Below are positions 8,212 through 17,137 of a stretch of 21,923 nt of DNA, piece after piece. The translations under genes were made by a program, and so were the position numbers. The stretch is from a virus. Its lineage: Duplodnaviria > Heunggongvirae > Uroviricota > Caudoviricetes. The stretch is from positions 1-21,923 of IMG/VR virus record IMGVR_UViG_2690316233_000017. One strand, written 5' to 3'. Positions within the stretch are counted from its first letter, which is position 1. Each line of letters opens with the position of its first letter. Below the pieces are notes generated by a model. The model was not told the origin of the DNA. It worked only from the letters and a program-made list of their open reading frames with translations, and searched no databases.

Positions 8212-8792
8212 CCCTGATTCATCAGCTCTGGCCATACGATATCCGGAGCTGTACTGGTGTCAATTCGACTCACTAATACTCTGTATTTTCTCCAGGAATC
8301 CAGTTGTGAATTTTCCTCGTTTGTTGCTATTTCAAGATTAACGGCATCCTGCAGAATTGCGATGTTATCTGTTGCCTCCTGGATCAACCTTGCCTTTTTC
8401 TCTTCCGCTTCCCGTATCCGAAACAGTTTTTCTGCTTCCTCATCCTTCACCCAGGATACGCCGTCCCACTTCTGATACTCCCCTGCTGGCGACAACCAGG
8501 TGACATTCTCTGGTAGCGGTCCGGGTTCAGAAATAAACAACGCGTCCCCCGAGGCCACGTCATAGACCGTTTTACCACGATGGTCTTCAACAATATTCCA
8601 CGATTCATTTTCACTGTTAAAAACTGCCACAAAGCCAGCAGGAATTTCCGGTGGGGCGATATCTGTAGAATTAGCTGGCAGCCCTGTATGAGGTGGAATA
8701 TATGCGTCACCTTCACCAATAAACTCATTAGTTCCGGCCAGCAGGTTATAAATTTTTACAGTACGTGATTGTTCACTCATTCTGAATGCCAT
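8175..8792 (-). CDS. G: Tail fiber assembly protein (Tfa chaperone)
   Basis: C-terminal ...[19 protein letters not shown] matches the conserved Tfa motif. ATG at 8792 overlaps the H stop (TAATG) with GAGG RBS. The last ~12 codons overlap the acetyltransferase gene 3' end. Confidence 0.8.
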   Translation of the reverse strand: MAFRMSEQSRTVKIYNLLAGTNEFIGEGDAYIPPHTGLPANSTDIAPPEIPAGFVAVFNSENESWNIVEDHRGKTVYDVASGDALFISEPGPLPENVTWLSPAGEYQKWDGVSWVKDEEAEKLFRIREAEEKKARLIQEATDNIAILQDAVNLEIATNEENSQLDSWRKYRVLVSRIDTSTAPDIVWPELMNQGYVREDEQITSD

Positions 8793-10792
8793 TATGCAAG
8801 CCTCACAATATAATTAAATGCGATGTTTTTAACGGTGTTTTCCGCGTTACCAGCAGCGTTAACGGTGATGGTATGTCCATGTGAACCAATCGCAACAGAG
8901 TGCGTATGAGCGCCAATACCAACTGTATGTGCATGCGCCCCTGCACTTGCAGCAGTGCCTGATACTGAGTGGGTGTGTGCACCAGAAGAAGGCACTGTTC
9001 CATTCCCCACGACCGTGCCACTTGATGCACCATCAAGCCAGTCGAAATTCATACCTCCACTGTTTGGTCTCCTTAATGGAACGGTATGAGTATGTGCGCC
9101 AGCACTATTTGCAGTACCAGATACATTGTGGGTATGTGCACCTGTGTTATTCGTTGATTTAGTACCGTAATCAAACGACGATGTGGTTTTCGTACCCAAA
9201 TCCGTACTGGATGCGCTGGCACTGTGGGTGTGCGATTTAATGCCATCCTGTTCCTGAGACAATACGGCTCGACCACTTGCGGGCTTGCCCTTGATTGTCC
9301 AGCCACGCATATCGGGGAGTACACCAGAGGGATAAGCTGCTGCAAGCAGGGGATAGGTTGTTTTATCAAAAGTCTGCCCCTGCATAACGGCATAGCCTGT
9401 AGGCACTGAATCAGAAGGCCACGGAATCGCCGCACCTACAGGAAATGAATCCTGCGGCGTCCATGCTGTCCAGTCACCCGTTGAGTACTGGCTGCGGGTA
9501 TAGCTTCTGGATGTGTTATACACATAGTAAATCTGTGTTATCCCGGCACTTTTAAGCACAACCAGTGTACCGGCAAGATTCTCTGGGTATTTCAGCGCTG
9601 CACTTGTATTGGCATTCGCAGGCTGATGGTACAGCCCCGGCGTTTTGTAATTATCCAGATTCTGGTTTGCACCAATCTCAATACTCTGATCGTTAAAAAT
9701 ATCCTGTGATGTAACATTGACATCATTGGTCAGTGGTTTGCCATTAACCTTACGTCCAGAGGGCACACGCCCGTTTGCATTGTCATTAGCAGCTTTCACC
9801 GCTTTCGGAGTCGCGGCAAGCGTTTCAGACGTGCTGTTGGTTGCACTAGTAAGCTGGACTATCCCTTTTTGTGCTGTTGTTGCATCCTGTGCGGTGTATT
9901 TGCCATTAGCAAGGTCATATGCTGCCTTTACCGCCTTTGGCGTTGCCGCCAGCGTTTCAGAATCGCTGTTGGTGGCACTACTTAGCTGGACAAGACCTTT
10001 TCGCTCTGTGGTAGCGTCCTGTGCGGTATATTTCCCGTTAGCAAGGTCATATGCTGCCTTTACCGCCTTTGGCGTTGCCGCCAGCGTTTCAGAATCGCTA
10101 TTGGTGGCGCTACTGAGCTGAACAAGGCCTTTTCGCGTCGTGCTGGCATCCTGCGCAGTATATTTCCCGTTAGCAAGGTCATACGCGTCCTTTACTGCTT
10201 TCGGCGTTGCAGCTTGTGTTTCAGACACGCTGTTAGTGGCGCTACTGAGTTGAACAAAGCCTTTTGCGGTCAGCGAGGCGTCCGGGTGACGTCGTGACTG
10301 TTCATGCTCTTTCAGTTTGTCATCCACGTAATCCACTGTGGCCATCACCATGGTGTTATCCACGGTAAGTGCCACGGTGGCAGTGCTGGATACGGTCAGA
10401 ATGGTGCGAAATGTCTGTGCACGACCGGACCCTTCGGCAACGGCTGGCTTGTAACTTTCGGCAGTATTGCCTACCGCGATTAAATCGCCGTGCTCATCAA
10501 ACACACCAATTTCCCGGATCCAGAATCCGCCCGTTTCTGGAGGAATAGCCAGCTCCGCAATAATGCGGTTCTGATGTGTTGCGTCCAGGAAGACGCGATT
10601 AACGGTATGTCGCCACACCTCACGCACAAGACGGGTCTGCTTACTGTCTGGCGTGGGTAAAGTACCGCCGCCGTCACCCACGGCCATATGTGTCAGGCGG
10701 ACGGGTTTACCATCTGGTGCGGCTGCCTGCGCTAATTTTTTGGCACCCGTATCGGTGATAATGGTTTTAAATTTTCGTGTTGTGGTACTCAT
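8792..10792 (-). CDS. H: Tail fiber protein
   Basis: 666-aa ORF with an N-terminal region like P2 H, four tandem 44-aa repeats, and a His-rich C-terminal domain with repeated G-A-H-T-H-x-V motifs. Confidence 0.9.
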   Translation of the reverse strand: MSTTTRKFKTIITDTGAKKLAQAAAPDGKPVRLTHMAVGDGGGTLPTPDSKQTRLVREVWRHTVNRVFLDATHQNRIIAELAIPPETGGFWIREIGVFDEHGDLIAVGNTAESYKPAVAEGSGRAQTFRTILTVSSTATVALTVDNTMVMATVDYVDDKLKEHEQSRRHPDASLTAKGFVQLSSATNSVSETQAATPKAVKDAYDLANGKYTAQDASTTRKGLVQLSSATNSDSETLAATPKAVKAAYDLANGKYTAQDATTERKGLVQLSSATNSDSETLAATPKAVKAAYDLANGKYTAQDATTAQKGIVQLTSATNSTSETLAATPKAVKAANDNANGRVPSGRKVNGKPLTNDVNVTSQDIFNDQSIEIGANQNLDNYKTPGLYHQPANANTSAALKYPENLAGTLVVLKSAGITQIYYVYNTSRSYTRSQYSTGDWTAWTPQDSFPVGAAIPWPSDSVPTGYAVMQGQTFDKTTYPLLAAAYPSGVLPDMRGWTIKGKPASGRAVLSQEQDGIKSHTHSASASSTDLGTKTTSSFDYGTKSTNNTGAHTHNVSGTANSAGAHTHTVPLRRPNSGGMNFDWLDGASSGTVVGNGTVPSSGAHTHSVSGTAASAGAHAHTVGIGAHTHSVAIGSHGHTITVNAAGNAENTVKNIAFNYIVRLA
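9765..10290. repeat. Four tandem ~132-bp repeats inside the tail fiber gene
   Basis: The same core sequence recurs at 9909, 10041 and 10173 (period 132 bp), with a more diverged copy upstream. It encodes ...[42 protein letters not shown]... four times. Confidence 0.8.
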
Positions 10793-10794
10793 GC

Positions 10795-11325
10795 TTAATC
10801 GTCCGGATAGATGGTAATGACTTCACCGTCGTAAGTTGCTGCCGCTGCGAAAATATCTCCCGGGATCTCCTGAATGATATTCAGCCCTGTCATGTGGCGG
10901 CTGACCGGGCGGGCATCAGCAATCAACCGCTCCATTTCCAGATACATTTCCTCCGTCACGCCACTGTCCAGCGTGCCGACTTCAACGGTAAATGTTCCCG
11001 GTTCTCCGCCGAACTCCCACCACTCAGACACACGAATGAGGTATCCCAGCGGCTCAATGGCCCGGCGCAGTACGCTGATGGTCCCTTTGTGTCGGTGTAT
11101 CAGCCATGCATCACGAATAACCTGTCGCTTTGTCTCTTCCGGCCAGTTGCGATCCCAGCGGTCAACGGAAAATGCCCAGGCGAGATAAGGCAGCAGATGC
11201 ACCGGGCATGTGTCCGGCGACCACAGCGTGTTGAGGTCTACCGGAATGTCTGTAATGCGCGTTCCGACGGCTTCGGCACAACGCATGAAATTGCTGGCTG
11301 ATGGTGGTAACAGCGAATTACTCAT
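10795..11325 (-). CDS. I: Baseplate/tail protein I
   Basis: gpI-like ORF between H and J. Start set at ATG 11325 with GAAGGTGG RBS; the track's start at 11358 is GTG with no RBS. Confidence 0.8.
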   Translation of the reverse strand: MSNSLLPPSASNFMRCAEAVGTRITDIPVDLNTLWSPDTCPVHLLPYLAWAFSVDRWDRNWPEETKRQVIRDAWLIHRHKGTISVLRRAIEPLGYLIRVSEWWEFGGEPGTFTVEVGTLDSGVTEEMYLEMERLIADARPVSRHMTGLNIIQEIPGDIFAAAATYDGEVITIYPDD

Positions 11326-12214
11326 TGCGCCCACCTTCGCTGATGGTGAACGACTCACAGCGCGCCGCCTGTATGTCGCTGATGGCCATATTCTGTGTGG
11401 GTTCGATTATCTCCACGCGTTGCACACCGTGCACATGCAGTGCGGCAGCAATGGCGGACAACGCCACGTCCTGACCGATAAGCCCCTGCTCAGCCAGCCA
11501 CTTCCTGAACGACGATTCCGCCGCAGCCAGAATAGGTTCGGATTCCGGGCCGGGGTAAAAGTACAGTTTTGCATTCAGCCGCCATGTCACGATTCTGGCA
11601 CTCTGTACGGTCAGGCGGTCGGCCACCGGACGGGTATCCTCTGCATTCAGAACGGCGCGAACGGTATTAAGCAACGCCTCCGTTGCTGTGCCGTCGCCTT
11701 CAGTGGACAGGATGGAAACCGTCACATTTGCCGGAGACGGGCTGATGGCCCGCGCATCACGCACCAGACCGCTGGCGCTGCGGGCAAAATACTCGTATGC
11801 ACCTGACGGGCCAGCAACACTCAGGCCGTCGTACGCCCGCTGCGCCCGCAGTCTCAGTGAGGTGTCACTCTCCATCACCGCGTCGGTGGTATCCGTTGCC
11901 GGAGTGATGGTCAGGCGCTTTGTGTTCATATTGCCCGCGAGGTTGTCCAGGTCTGTCCCGGTGCTGTGGCTTAACATGCAGGCCCGTGCCCCCTCATTGA
12001 CCCGCTGGCGTAACAGCATTTCACGAAACGCTGTTATCTGGGCGATAACGTTCAGGGGTTCCGATTCCAGCTCCAGCGCGGCGGAGACGGCTTCACGCTG
12101 TTCGGCGGGATAAGCCGCAATCATCATGGCCTTTGTGTCAGCCAGAATTGCCTCAAAATCAGGCTCCGCGATAATGGCGGGGTCCGGTAACTGGGAAAGG
12201 TCAACAGCAGGCAT
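11318..12214 (-). CDS. J: Baseplate assembly protein J
   Basis: 298-aa ORF matching P2 J in size (about 302 aa) and position; overlaps the I start by 8 nt. Confidence 0.85.
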   Translation of the reverse strand: MPAVDLSQLPDPAIIAEPDFEAILADTKAMMIAAYPAEQREAVSAALELESEPLNVIAQITAFREMLLRQRVNEGARACMLSHSTGTDLDNLAGNMNTKRLTITPATDTTDAVMESDTSLRLRAQRAYDGLSVAGPSGAYEYFARSASGLVRDARAISPSPANVTVSILSTEGDGTATEALLNTVRAVLNAEDTRPVADRLTVQSARIVTWRLNAKLYFYPGPESEPILAAAESSFRKWLAEQGLIGQDVALSAIAAALHVHGVQRVEIIEPTQNMAISDIQAARCESFTISEGGRNE

Positions 12215-12217
12215 GAT

Positions 12218-12568
12218 TTACTCTCTCAGCGTGATGGTTAATTCAACATTCTGCATGGTCTGCATGACAGTGCCCGACAGCGTCACCCCGGCGCGGCCTC
12301 CTGCCTTCCAGACAACGTCGATGGCATCCAGGGCAATGCGGGGTTCCCATCGTGTCAGTGCAATCACGGCAGCACTCATGCATTGCAGACGCGTGGTGTT
12401 ATTCATGGGTTCGTCAATCAAATCAGGCACAAGGCTGCCATATTCCCGTCGCATAACCCGGCTTGCCAGCGGGGTGGTCAGGATATCCCTGACTGACTGT
12501 TTCAGGTGCTCCATATCGTTCAGGTTTCCCGTCCCGTCCGGATTCATTCCTGTGTAGCGGGTTGTCAC
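12218..12568 (-). CDS. W: Baseplate protein W (gp25-like)
   Basis: 116-aa ORF between V and J, the size and position of P2 W. Confidence 0.85.
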   Translation of the reverse strand: MTTRYTGMNPDGTGNLNDMEHLKQSVRDILTTPLASRVMRREYGSLVPDLIDEPMNNTTRLQCMSAAVIALTRWEPRIALDAIDVVWKAGGRAGVTLSGTVMQTMQNVELTITLRE

Positions 12569-13146
12569 TGCGGGCCTCCTGTCGAATCGCTGCCGCCTTT
12601 CACGCCACCGTGTTTATGCGTATGCACGGTAATGCCGTTTGAGGTGAAGTTGCCGCCGCTGTGCGTGATATTGCCGCTCATCTTTCCTCCTTTTATGACG
12701 TCAAGCGTCGCCGTTCTCAGAAGGTTTGTGCATTCCACGACGGGCGTATCCAGTTTCACGCTGACGGATGCCTGTAAAGTGGCCGTTTTCATGCCGCTGG
12801 CGCTCAGTGCGCCTGCGTCCACGTCGTAGCGGAACACCGCGCCGTCCGGCGCGCTGATCACGATTTCGTTCAGGCTTTTGCCGGGGGCCGGACTGGCATC
12901 ACTCCACAGGCTGCCAATTATCATGGCGGTTTCCGGGTTGCCGCCAATGCAGGCAATTACCACCTGTTCGCCTGGTGATGGCGGCAGCCACACATTGAAG
13001 GCTCCCGCGCGCGTGGTGTTCCAGCGCAGCCAGCCTGTTTCCAGTTCGCCGCTGCGAACGCGCACGCACCAGGATTCCTCATCAACTTCAGAGATGATCC
13101 CGGTACGGATGATGTTGCTCAGCAGTCGCATGAGTTCTGCGCTCAC
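12565..13146 (-). CDS. V: Baseplate spike/assembly protein V
   Basis: 193-aa ORF at the P2 V position; overlaps the S stop and the W start. Confidence 0.85.
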   Translation of the reverse strand: MSAELMRLLSNIIRTGIISEVDEESWCVRVRSGELETGWLRWNTTRAGAFNVWLPPSPGEQVVIACIGGNPETAMIIGSLWSDASPAPGKSLNEIVISAPDGAVFRYDVDAGALSASGMKTATLQASVSVKLDTPVVECTNLLRTATLDVIKGGKMSGNITHSGGNFTSNGITVHTHKHGGVKGGSDSTGGPQ

Positions 13147-13787
13147 CGTACAGCCTCCGCAATCCGGCCCAGCACCGTGTTATAAATCAGGCGCTCATCT
13201 GCCTGGCTGATACCCAACAGCTCACGTACCGGGTAATCGGTGAAAATGCCCGGCGCAACCTGATCGCGCTCACCGAACTGATGAACGCGGGCAATACGTG
13301 CGGCCACGCCGCTGTAACCCACCGTCACACCGGAAGCATCTGCACGGGCTTTCAGGTAGCGGGCGGTGCGCAGTTTTACGAACATGGGGACGCGCTTTGT
13401 GCTGTCCTGGTTGATGCGCCGGGTGCGTATTTCCAGAAAACGGTCGATGTCATCCCGGTAAAACGTGCGGATATTGTTTTTATCCTCATCCCACCCGGTA
13501 ATGGTTCGCCCGTATTTCCCCGTGTCGTGATGCCAGTTTTTCAGCGTGCGTGCTTCGTTATTCCAGATAAAGCGAATGCGTTCCTGTATCCGGGTTACGC
13601 GGCGTCTGCGTGGTGTCCACGCGGTCCCGTCCGGCGCTTTCTGTGACCGGATACGCGCCTGCTGGGCGCGGCGTAAATCCTGTGCCAGCTTTCTGGCGAT
13701 GTTATTGATGGCCTGCTGATTCAGGCTGTCGCGGATGGCATCAAAGGTTTCATCCACGCGGGTGAATGCCTTATCCATCGCTTTCAC
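13143..13787 (-). CDS. S: Virion morphogenesis / tail completion protein (S position)
   Basis: ORF between R and V, assigned by position. At 214 aa it is longer than the ~150 aa I recall for P2 S, so identity is less certain. Confidence 0.6.
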   Translation of the reverse strand: MKAMDKAFTRVDETFDAIRDSLNQQAINNIARKLAQDLRRAQQARIRSQKAPDGTAWTPRRRRVTRIQERIRFIWNNEARTLKNWHHDTGKYGRTITGWDEDKNNIRTFYRDDIDRFLEIRTRRINQDSTKRVPMFVKLRTARYLKARADASGVTVGYSGVAARIARVHQFGERDQVAPGIFTDYPVRELLGISQADERLIYNTVLGRIAEAVR

Positions 13788-14238
13788 CCCACGTCACATC
13801 CTGGAATACATGCGACCAGTCGCCTTCGGAAGATGGCAGGCGGGGTTTTGGCTCAGGCAGGTGTTCTGCCTGCGGTGTGCCCTGACTGCTGCGCGTGATG
13901 CGAACGCGTTCCCGCAGGGGGAGCGTAAACAGGAGATCGGCGCTGTCATCGTCATTGATAACGGCGGAGAATTTGATGTCCTGATTACGCTCCGGATTGA
14001 GCAACAACTGTGGCTGATTTTCGGATAACCACGCCAGTAGCGGCAGCGTGAGGTCGTCCAGCTCCCCGGCGTAATCCATGACAAACATCACCATCTGATA
14101 GCGGTAAACAAACGAGGGCGTTTCTCCGGTCGTTTCAATGTTGCCGCTTTCCACGAAAATGGTGAATTTTTCCGGGTTGGCCTGACACCATCGGCATGAA
14201 CGGGTCATGGCTTCACGCAGGGAATCAGTTTTCAGCAT
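13771..14238 (-). CDS. R: Tail completion protein R
   Basis: 155-aa ORF starting MLKTDSLREA..., matching P2 R in length and N-terminus. Confidence 0.8.
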   Translation of the reverse strand: MLKTDSLREAMTRSCRWCQANPEKFTIFVESGNIETTGETPSFVYRYQMVMFVMDYAGELDDLTLPLLAWLSENQPQLLLNPERNQDIKFSAVINDDDSADLLFTLPLRERVRITRSSQGTPQAEHLPEPKPRLPSSEGDWSHVFQDVTWGESDG

Positions 14239-14545
14239 GGTTGTTATCCTCGTTGTTCAGTCGTTGCAGCCTGCGCTGTTCCAGTAATTCAATGGCCCGT
14301 TTATCCGCGTTACAGGTTTCCAGTGCATCCAGAAGGCGGTCGCCCCATATACCGAGATTTCCCCATGTGGGAGTATCAGGGAAGGGGGGAGGCGTTACCG
14401 GTATGGTCAGCGTCTGCGGTATAAGCCGGACTGACGGCGCTGGCAGTGGCGCGTTCTGCGTGCCTGCGCAACCTGTCAGTAAAACGAGCGTCAGGCAAAG
14501 CGTGGGCGCATTCATCTTTTGCAATATCGTTGCGTAGCTGTTCAC
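14225..14545 (-). CDS. Outer-membrane spanin lipoprotein (Rz1/LysC-like)
   Basis: Lipobox LLTGC after a hydrophobic signal segment, then a Pro-rich mature region. GTG start at 14545 is preceded by GGAGAGG. The gene begins inside the i-spanin gene in another frame and extends past it. Confidence 0.6.
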   Translation of the reverse strand: MNSYATILQKMNAPTLCLTLVLLTGCAGTQNAPLPAPSVRLIPQTLTIPVTPPPFPDTPTWGNLGIWGDRLLDALETCNADKRAIELLEQRRLQRLNNEDNNHAEN

Positions 14546-14783
14546 GTCTGGCCTCTCCGTCCTGATTTCGCTGTTGATTTTCCACGCGGAGTTGCGCCAG
14601 CACCTGCTGCATATCCTGCACCCCGGTGCTGATGATATTCAGGGTGTCGACGGTACTTTTCAGGGCGCTGGCCTGCGCTTCGTTTCTGGCGTTCTCCCGG
14701 CCCAGCGACCACGACAGGCGCATGGATGTTCCCCATGCGGCAATCAGAAGGAAAGCGACACCCAGCGTGGGCCAGAGCTTCAT
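14376..14783 (-). CDS. Inner-membrane spanin (Rz/LysB-like)
   Basis: N-terminal transmembrane segment (LWPTLGVAFLLIAAWG) followed by a charged, coiled-coil-like periplasmic domain. ATG 14783 overlaps the endolysin stop (ATGA). Confidence 0.65.
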   Translation of the reverse strand: MKLWPTLGVAFLLIAAWGTSMRLSWSLGRENARNEAQASALKSTVDTLNIISTGVQDMQQVLAQLRVENQQRNQDGEARREQLRNDIAKDECAHALPDARFTDRLRRHAERATASAVSPAYTADADHTGNASPLP

Positions 14784-15172
14784 GCCGGATAGGCTCCGTG
14801 TGGTAACTGAAAATGCGGTCCGTCTTTCAGGGTCTTCCAGTCGCCGCCCCATTCCACCGGAATATTCAGTTCCCGGCTGGCCTGTCTGAATGCTGCTGCG
14901 ATTTTTTCGTACAGCGGCCATTCCCATGACACCTGGCTGCCGATATAAGCCACAACATCCACGGCATGTCCCGTAAGGTGGCGGCTGTTCATGGTCTGGC
15001 TCTTACCCGTGGCCACCAGTTGCTTCTGGCGGTAACGGCTGCGCAACCCTTCGGTGATACCAAAATCCACTTCCGAAATTTCCAGTGCCCGTCGGGTCAC
15101 TTTCACCAGATCAGGATTTACGCCCTGCAAATTCTTTTCGCTCCGGCTGCTGAATTTAAATGTGTTGCTCAT
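14780..15172 (-). CDS. Endolysin, peptidase M15 (VanY-like) family
   Basis: Contains the S-x-H-x-x-G-x-A-x-D zinc-peptidase signature (SRHLTGHAVDV) and a C-terminal His (QLPH). ATG overlaps the holin stop (ATGA). Confidence 0.8.
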   Translation of the reverse strand: MSNTFKFSSRSEKNLQGVNPDLVKVTRRALEISEVDFGITEGLRSRYRQKQLVATGKSQTMNSRHLTGHAVDVVAYIGSQVSWEWPLYEKIAAAFRQASRELNIPVEWGGDWKTLKDGPHFQLPHGAYPA

Positions 15173-15492
15173 TCGTCCTTCTCCTTCACCCTGCGATTAA
15201 AGGCCGCAATAACCTTGTCGCGTGCTTTCTCTGCGCCCATAAAACCGATTGATGCGCCGATAAACGTCACGGCATCTTCAGGAAACCCGAAGAAGCGCAA
15301 CGACCCGGCCACGGCCATGGCAAGAACGCCGCACGCCAGCGATCCCGTTACGGTCTGAACCAGTGTTCGTCCGTCATAAAGACTCATCAGCGCGGAAATG
15401 CTGACCGCCGCGCCTACTGCATACACCGTTGGCAGGTGGTCAAAGAGCCACGCAATAACCTGCTCTGTGATCCCTGTTTGAATGGTGCTCAC
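15169..15492 (-). CDS. Putative holin, three transmembrane segments
   Basis: 107 aa with three hydrophobic segments and a charged C-terminal tail (EKARDKVIAAFNRRVKEKDE). GTG start at 15492 is preceded by GGGGGAG and follows the X stop directly. Confidence 0.6.
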   Translation of the reverse strand: MSTIQTGITEQVIAWLFDHLPTVYAVGAAVSISALMSLYDGRTLVQTVTGSLACGVLAMAVAGSLRFFGFPEDAVTFIGASIGFMGAEKARDKVIAAFNRRVKEKDE

Positions 15493-15494
15493 TG

Positions 15495-15695
15495 CTACTC
15501 CCCCCACAACTGAATCATTTCTCGTTTCTTCTTCTCCGGCTCCGGCATCTCCACTTCCTGCCCGGCGTCCAGAAATACCTGCTGACAGAGTCCGGGGTTG
15601 GCATCCAGCACCTTTTCGGTGACGCCCTGCGTCGTGCCGTAGTACCGGAAACAGAGCGAATCCACGGTGTCGCCTTCCAGTGCCTTCACTTTCAT
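15495..15695 (-). CDS. X: Tail protein X (LysM-like)
   Basis: 66 aa, MKVKALEGDTVDSLCFRYYGTTQGVTEKVLDANPGL..., resembling P2 X. Start set at internal ATG 15695. Confidence 0.8.
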   Translation of the reverse strand: MKVKALEGDTVDSLCFRYYGTTQGVTEKVLDANPGLCQQVFLDAGQEVEMPEPEKKKREMIQLWGE

Positions 15696-16189
15696 CAGCA
15701 CAACTCCGCAAAGATTCGCGGGCGGCACAGAATGTCAGAGATGGCCCAGCTCACATCGCGCCACAAATCCGATGTCTGTATATCCAGTGCGTCCGCCCGG
15801 CGGTCGCCCTTGTCCGTTGTGTCCGCATCGCGGTAACGCTCCAGAATCAGGGCGCGTGTGGCGGTGTAAACCGCATTGCGCCAGTGCCAGAGATTGACGC
15901 TTTCTCCGTTAATTACGGGTGCCGGAACATCGGCCAGCGTCTGATGGCCAGCCGCCTGCTGTTCCTGCTGCCACGCTTCCAGCTCGCGGGTAACGTGTGC
16001 CACAGCTCCGGTGGCAGTATGCAGCAGGCGGGAGGTGGTCACGCGGCCCGGCAGTCGTACCGCCAGACGCAGCTCGCGCAGCACAATATCCGGCCAGAAT
16101 GCACCCGCTGAAATACGGGTATCACCATCATCGGTATCGGTGATGTCGTCCTCTGCGGGTCCGGGGTTGGTTCTGGCAACCATACTCAT
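15695..16189 (-). CDS. L: Head completion/stabilisation protein L
   Basis: ORF at the P2 L position (about 165 aa against 169 in P2). Start set at ATG 16189 with AGGAG RBS at 8 nt; the track's 16198 start is a GTG inside that RBS. Confidence 0.75.
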   Translation of the reverse strand: MSMVARTNPGPAEDDITDTDDGDTRISAGAFWPDIVLRELRLAVRLPGRVTTSRLLHTATGAVAHVTRELEAWQQEQQAAGHQTLADVPAPVINGESVNLWHWRNAVYTATRALILERYRDADTTDKGDRRADALDIQTSDLWRDVSWAISDILCRPRIFAELC

Positions 16190-16203
16190 GGGGTTCACTC
16201 CTG

Positions 16204-16274
16204 AAAAAAATCGGGCGGTGGGTGCGCGGTGTAAACGGTCACGGAGTCAAACCGGAACACCGCGCACGCCGCCC
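16204..16274 (-). terminator. Imperfect GC-rich hairpin followed by a U7 tract between M and L
   Basis: On the minus-strand transcript, two 7-bp stems (GGGCGG.../CGCGGTG with their complements) separated by an internal bulge are followed by ATTTTTTT, immediately upstream of the L RBS. Confidence 0.35.
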
Positions 16275-16291
16275 GCTGACGGGGTCAGTCG

Positions 16292-17092
16292 TTAACCGCG
16301 TTTCGCCTTCTGCGTCGCGGTGGTTTTTCGTGTCGCAGGCTTCCGCGTTGTCTTTTTACTTTTGCTGCTTTCGTCCTGCGCCTGCTGTGCGCTGGCGTCT
16401 TCTGGTGCGGCTGCGGAATCGGCTTTTTTCAGGGCGCGGGAAAGGGTTGCAATCTCGCGTTTCACACCTGCGTTCGGGTTCAGGTGCATTGCTTCGCGCA
16501 GCAGCTTCAGTGACAGGGCCATGCTGTCCGCATCACTCAGGCCACGGCGGGCAAAGGCGCACGCCTTGCATAATTTGGCGCGCACTTCGTCCGGCATGTC
16601 CTGGTCTGTGACAATCTCCCGGAGGGTATTCAGTGGTTCGATAAAGGCGGACAAATCCGCGTCGGCATCCGTCCCGGCCCGCGTCAGTACCGGGTTGCAG
16701 ATTTCTTCGGTCAGCACTGTGGCAGCAGTACGGCCAAAGTTATCCGGCATGATGAGGTTATGACGGACCACATACGCCCCGATACGCAGCGCCAGCGGAA
16801 GATCGCCGCAGTCAATCGCCCACACCATCAGCGTGGCAATCACTTCGTCCTGCTGCCCGCCGTCAGCCTCCAGCGTTCCCTCAATCCAGCCGGAAAAGTC
16901 CGGCAACAACTCTTTTTTGATGGCGGCTTTCGCGCTTCTGGCCTGTACGCCCTTAAGCCGGGCCTGTGCCAGACGCAGACGATACAGCACCTCTTCATGC
17001 GCGGTACGCGCGGCGTGGTCCGCGCCTTCATTCGCCCGGCCTGCGCGCTGTGCCATCACGTTCTGCCAGTGTTGCTGTGCAGGAGTAATCAT
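16292..17092 (-). CDS. M: Terminase small (endonuclease) subunit M
   Basis: 266-aa ORF at the P2 M position with a basic C-terminal tail. GGAGAG RBS 5 nt upstream of ATG 17092. Confidence 0.85.
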   Translation of the reverse strand: MITPAQQHWQNVMAQRAGRANEGADHAARTAHEEVLYRLRLAQARLKGVQARSAKAAIKKELLPDFSGWIEGTLEADGGQQDEVIATLMVWAIDCGDLPLALRIGAYVVRHNLIMPDNFGRTAATVLTEEICNPVLTRAGTDADADLSAFIEPLNTLREIVTDQDMPDEVRAKLCKACAFARRGLSDADSMALSLKLLREAMHLNPNAGVKREIATLSRALKKADSAAAPEDASAQQAQDESSKSKKTTRKPATRKTTATQKAKRG

Positions 17093-17109
17093 TTTTTCTC
17101 TCCGTTACA

Positions 17110-17128
17110 GGCGGGCATGATGCCCGCC
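17110..17128 (-). other. Short GC-rich palindrome between N stop and M start
   Basis: GGCGGGCAT-G-ATGCCCGCC is a perfect palindrome with no following U-tract, so it looks like an mRNA stability or processing hairpin rather than a terminator. Confidence 0.3.
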
Positions 17129-17137
17129 ATGAGTTGA

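Noticed and set aside
8795-9130. His-rich repeats read as a possible simple-sequence or CRISPR-like array
   Set aside because: The repeats are imperfect, in frame, and encode the G-A-H-T-H-x-V motifs of the fiber tip. There are no regularly spaced identical direct repeats with unique spacers.
9717-10121. 134-aa plus-strand ORF with internally repeated sequence
   Set aside because: It is the antisense reading of the tandem repeats in the tail fiber gene; the repetition comes from the H repeats.
10777-11806. Plus-strand ORFs of 174 and 198 aa across I and J
   Set aside because: Antisense to the baseplate genes I and J, which have proper RBSs and coupled starts.
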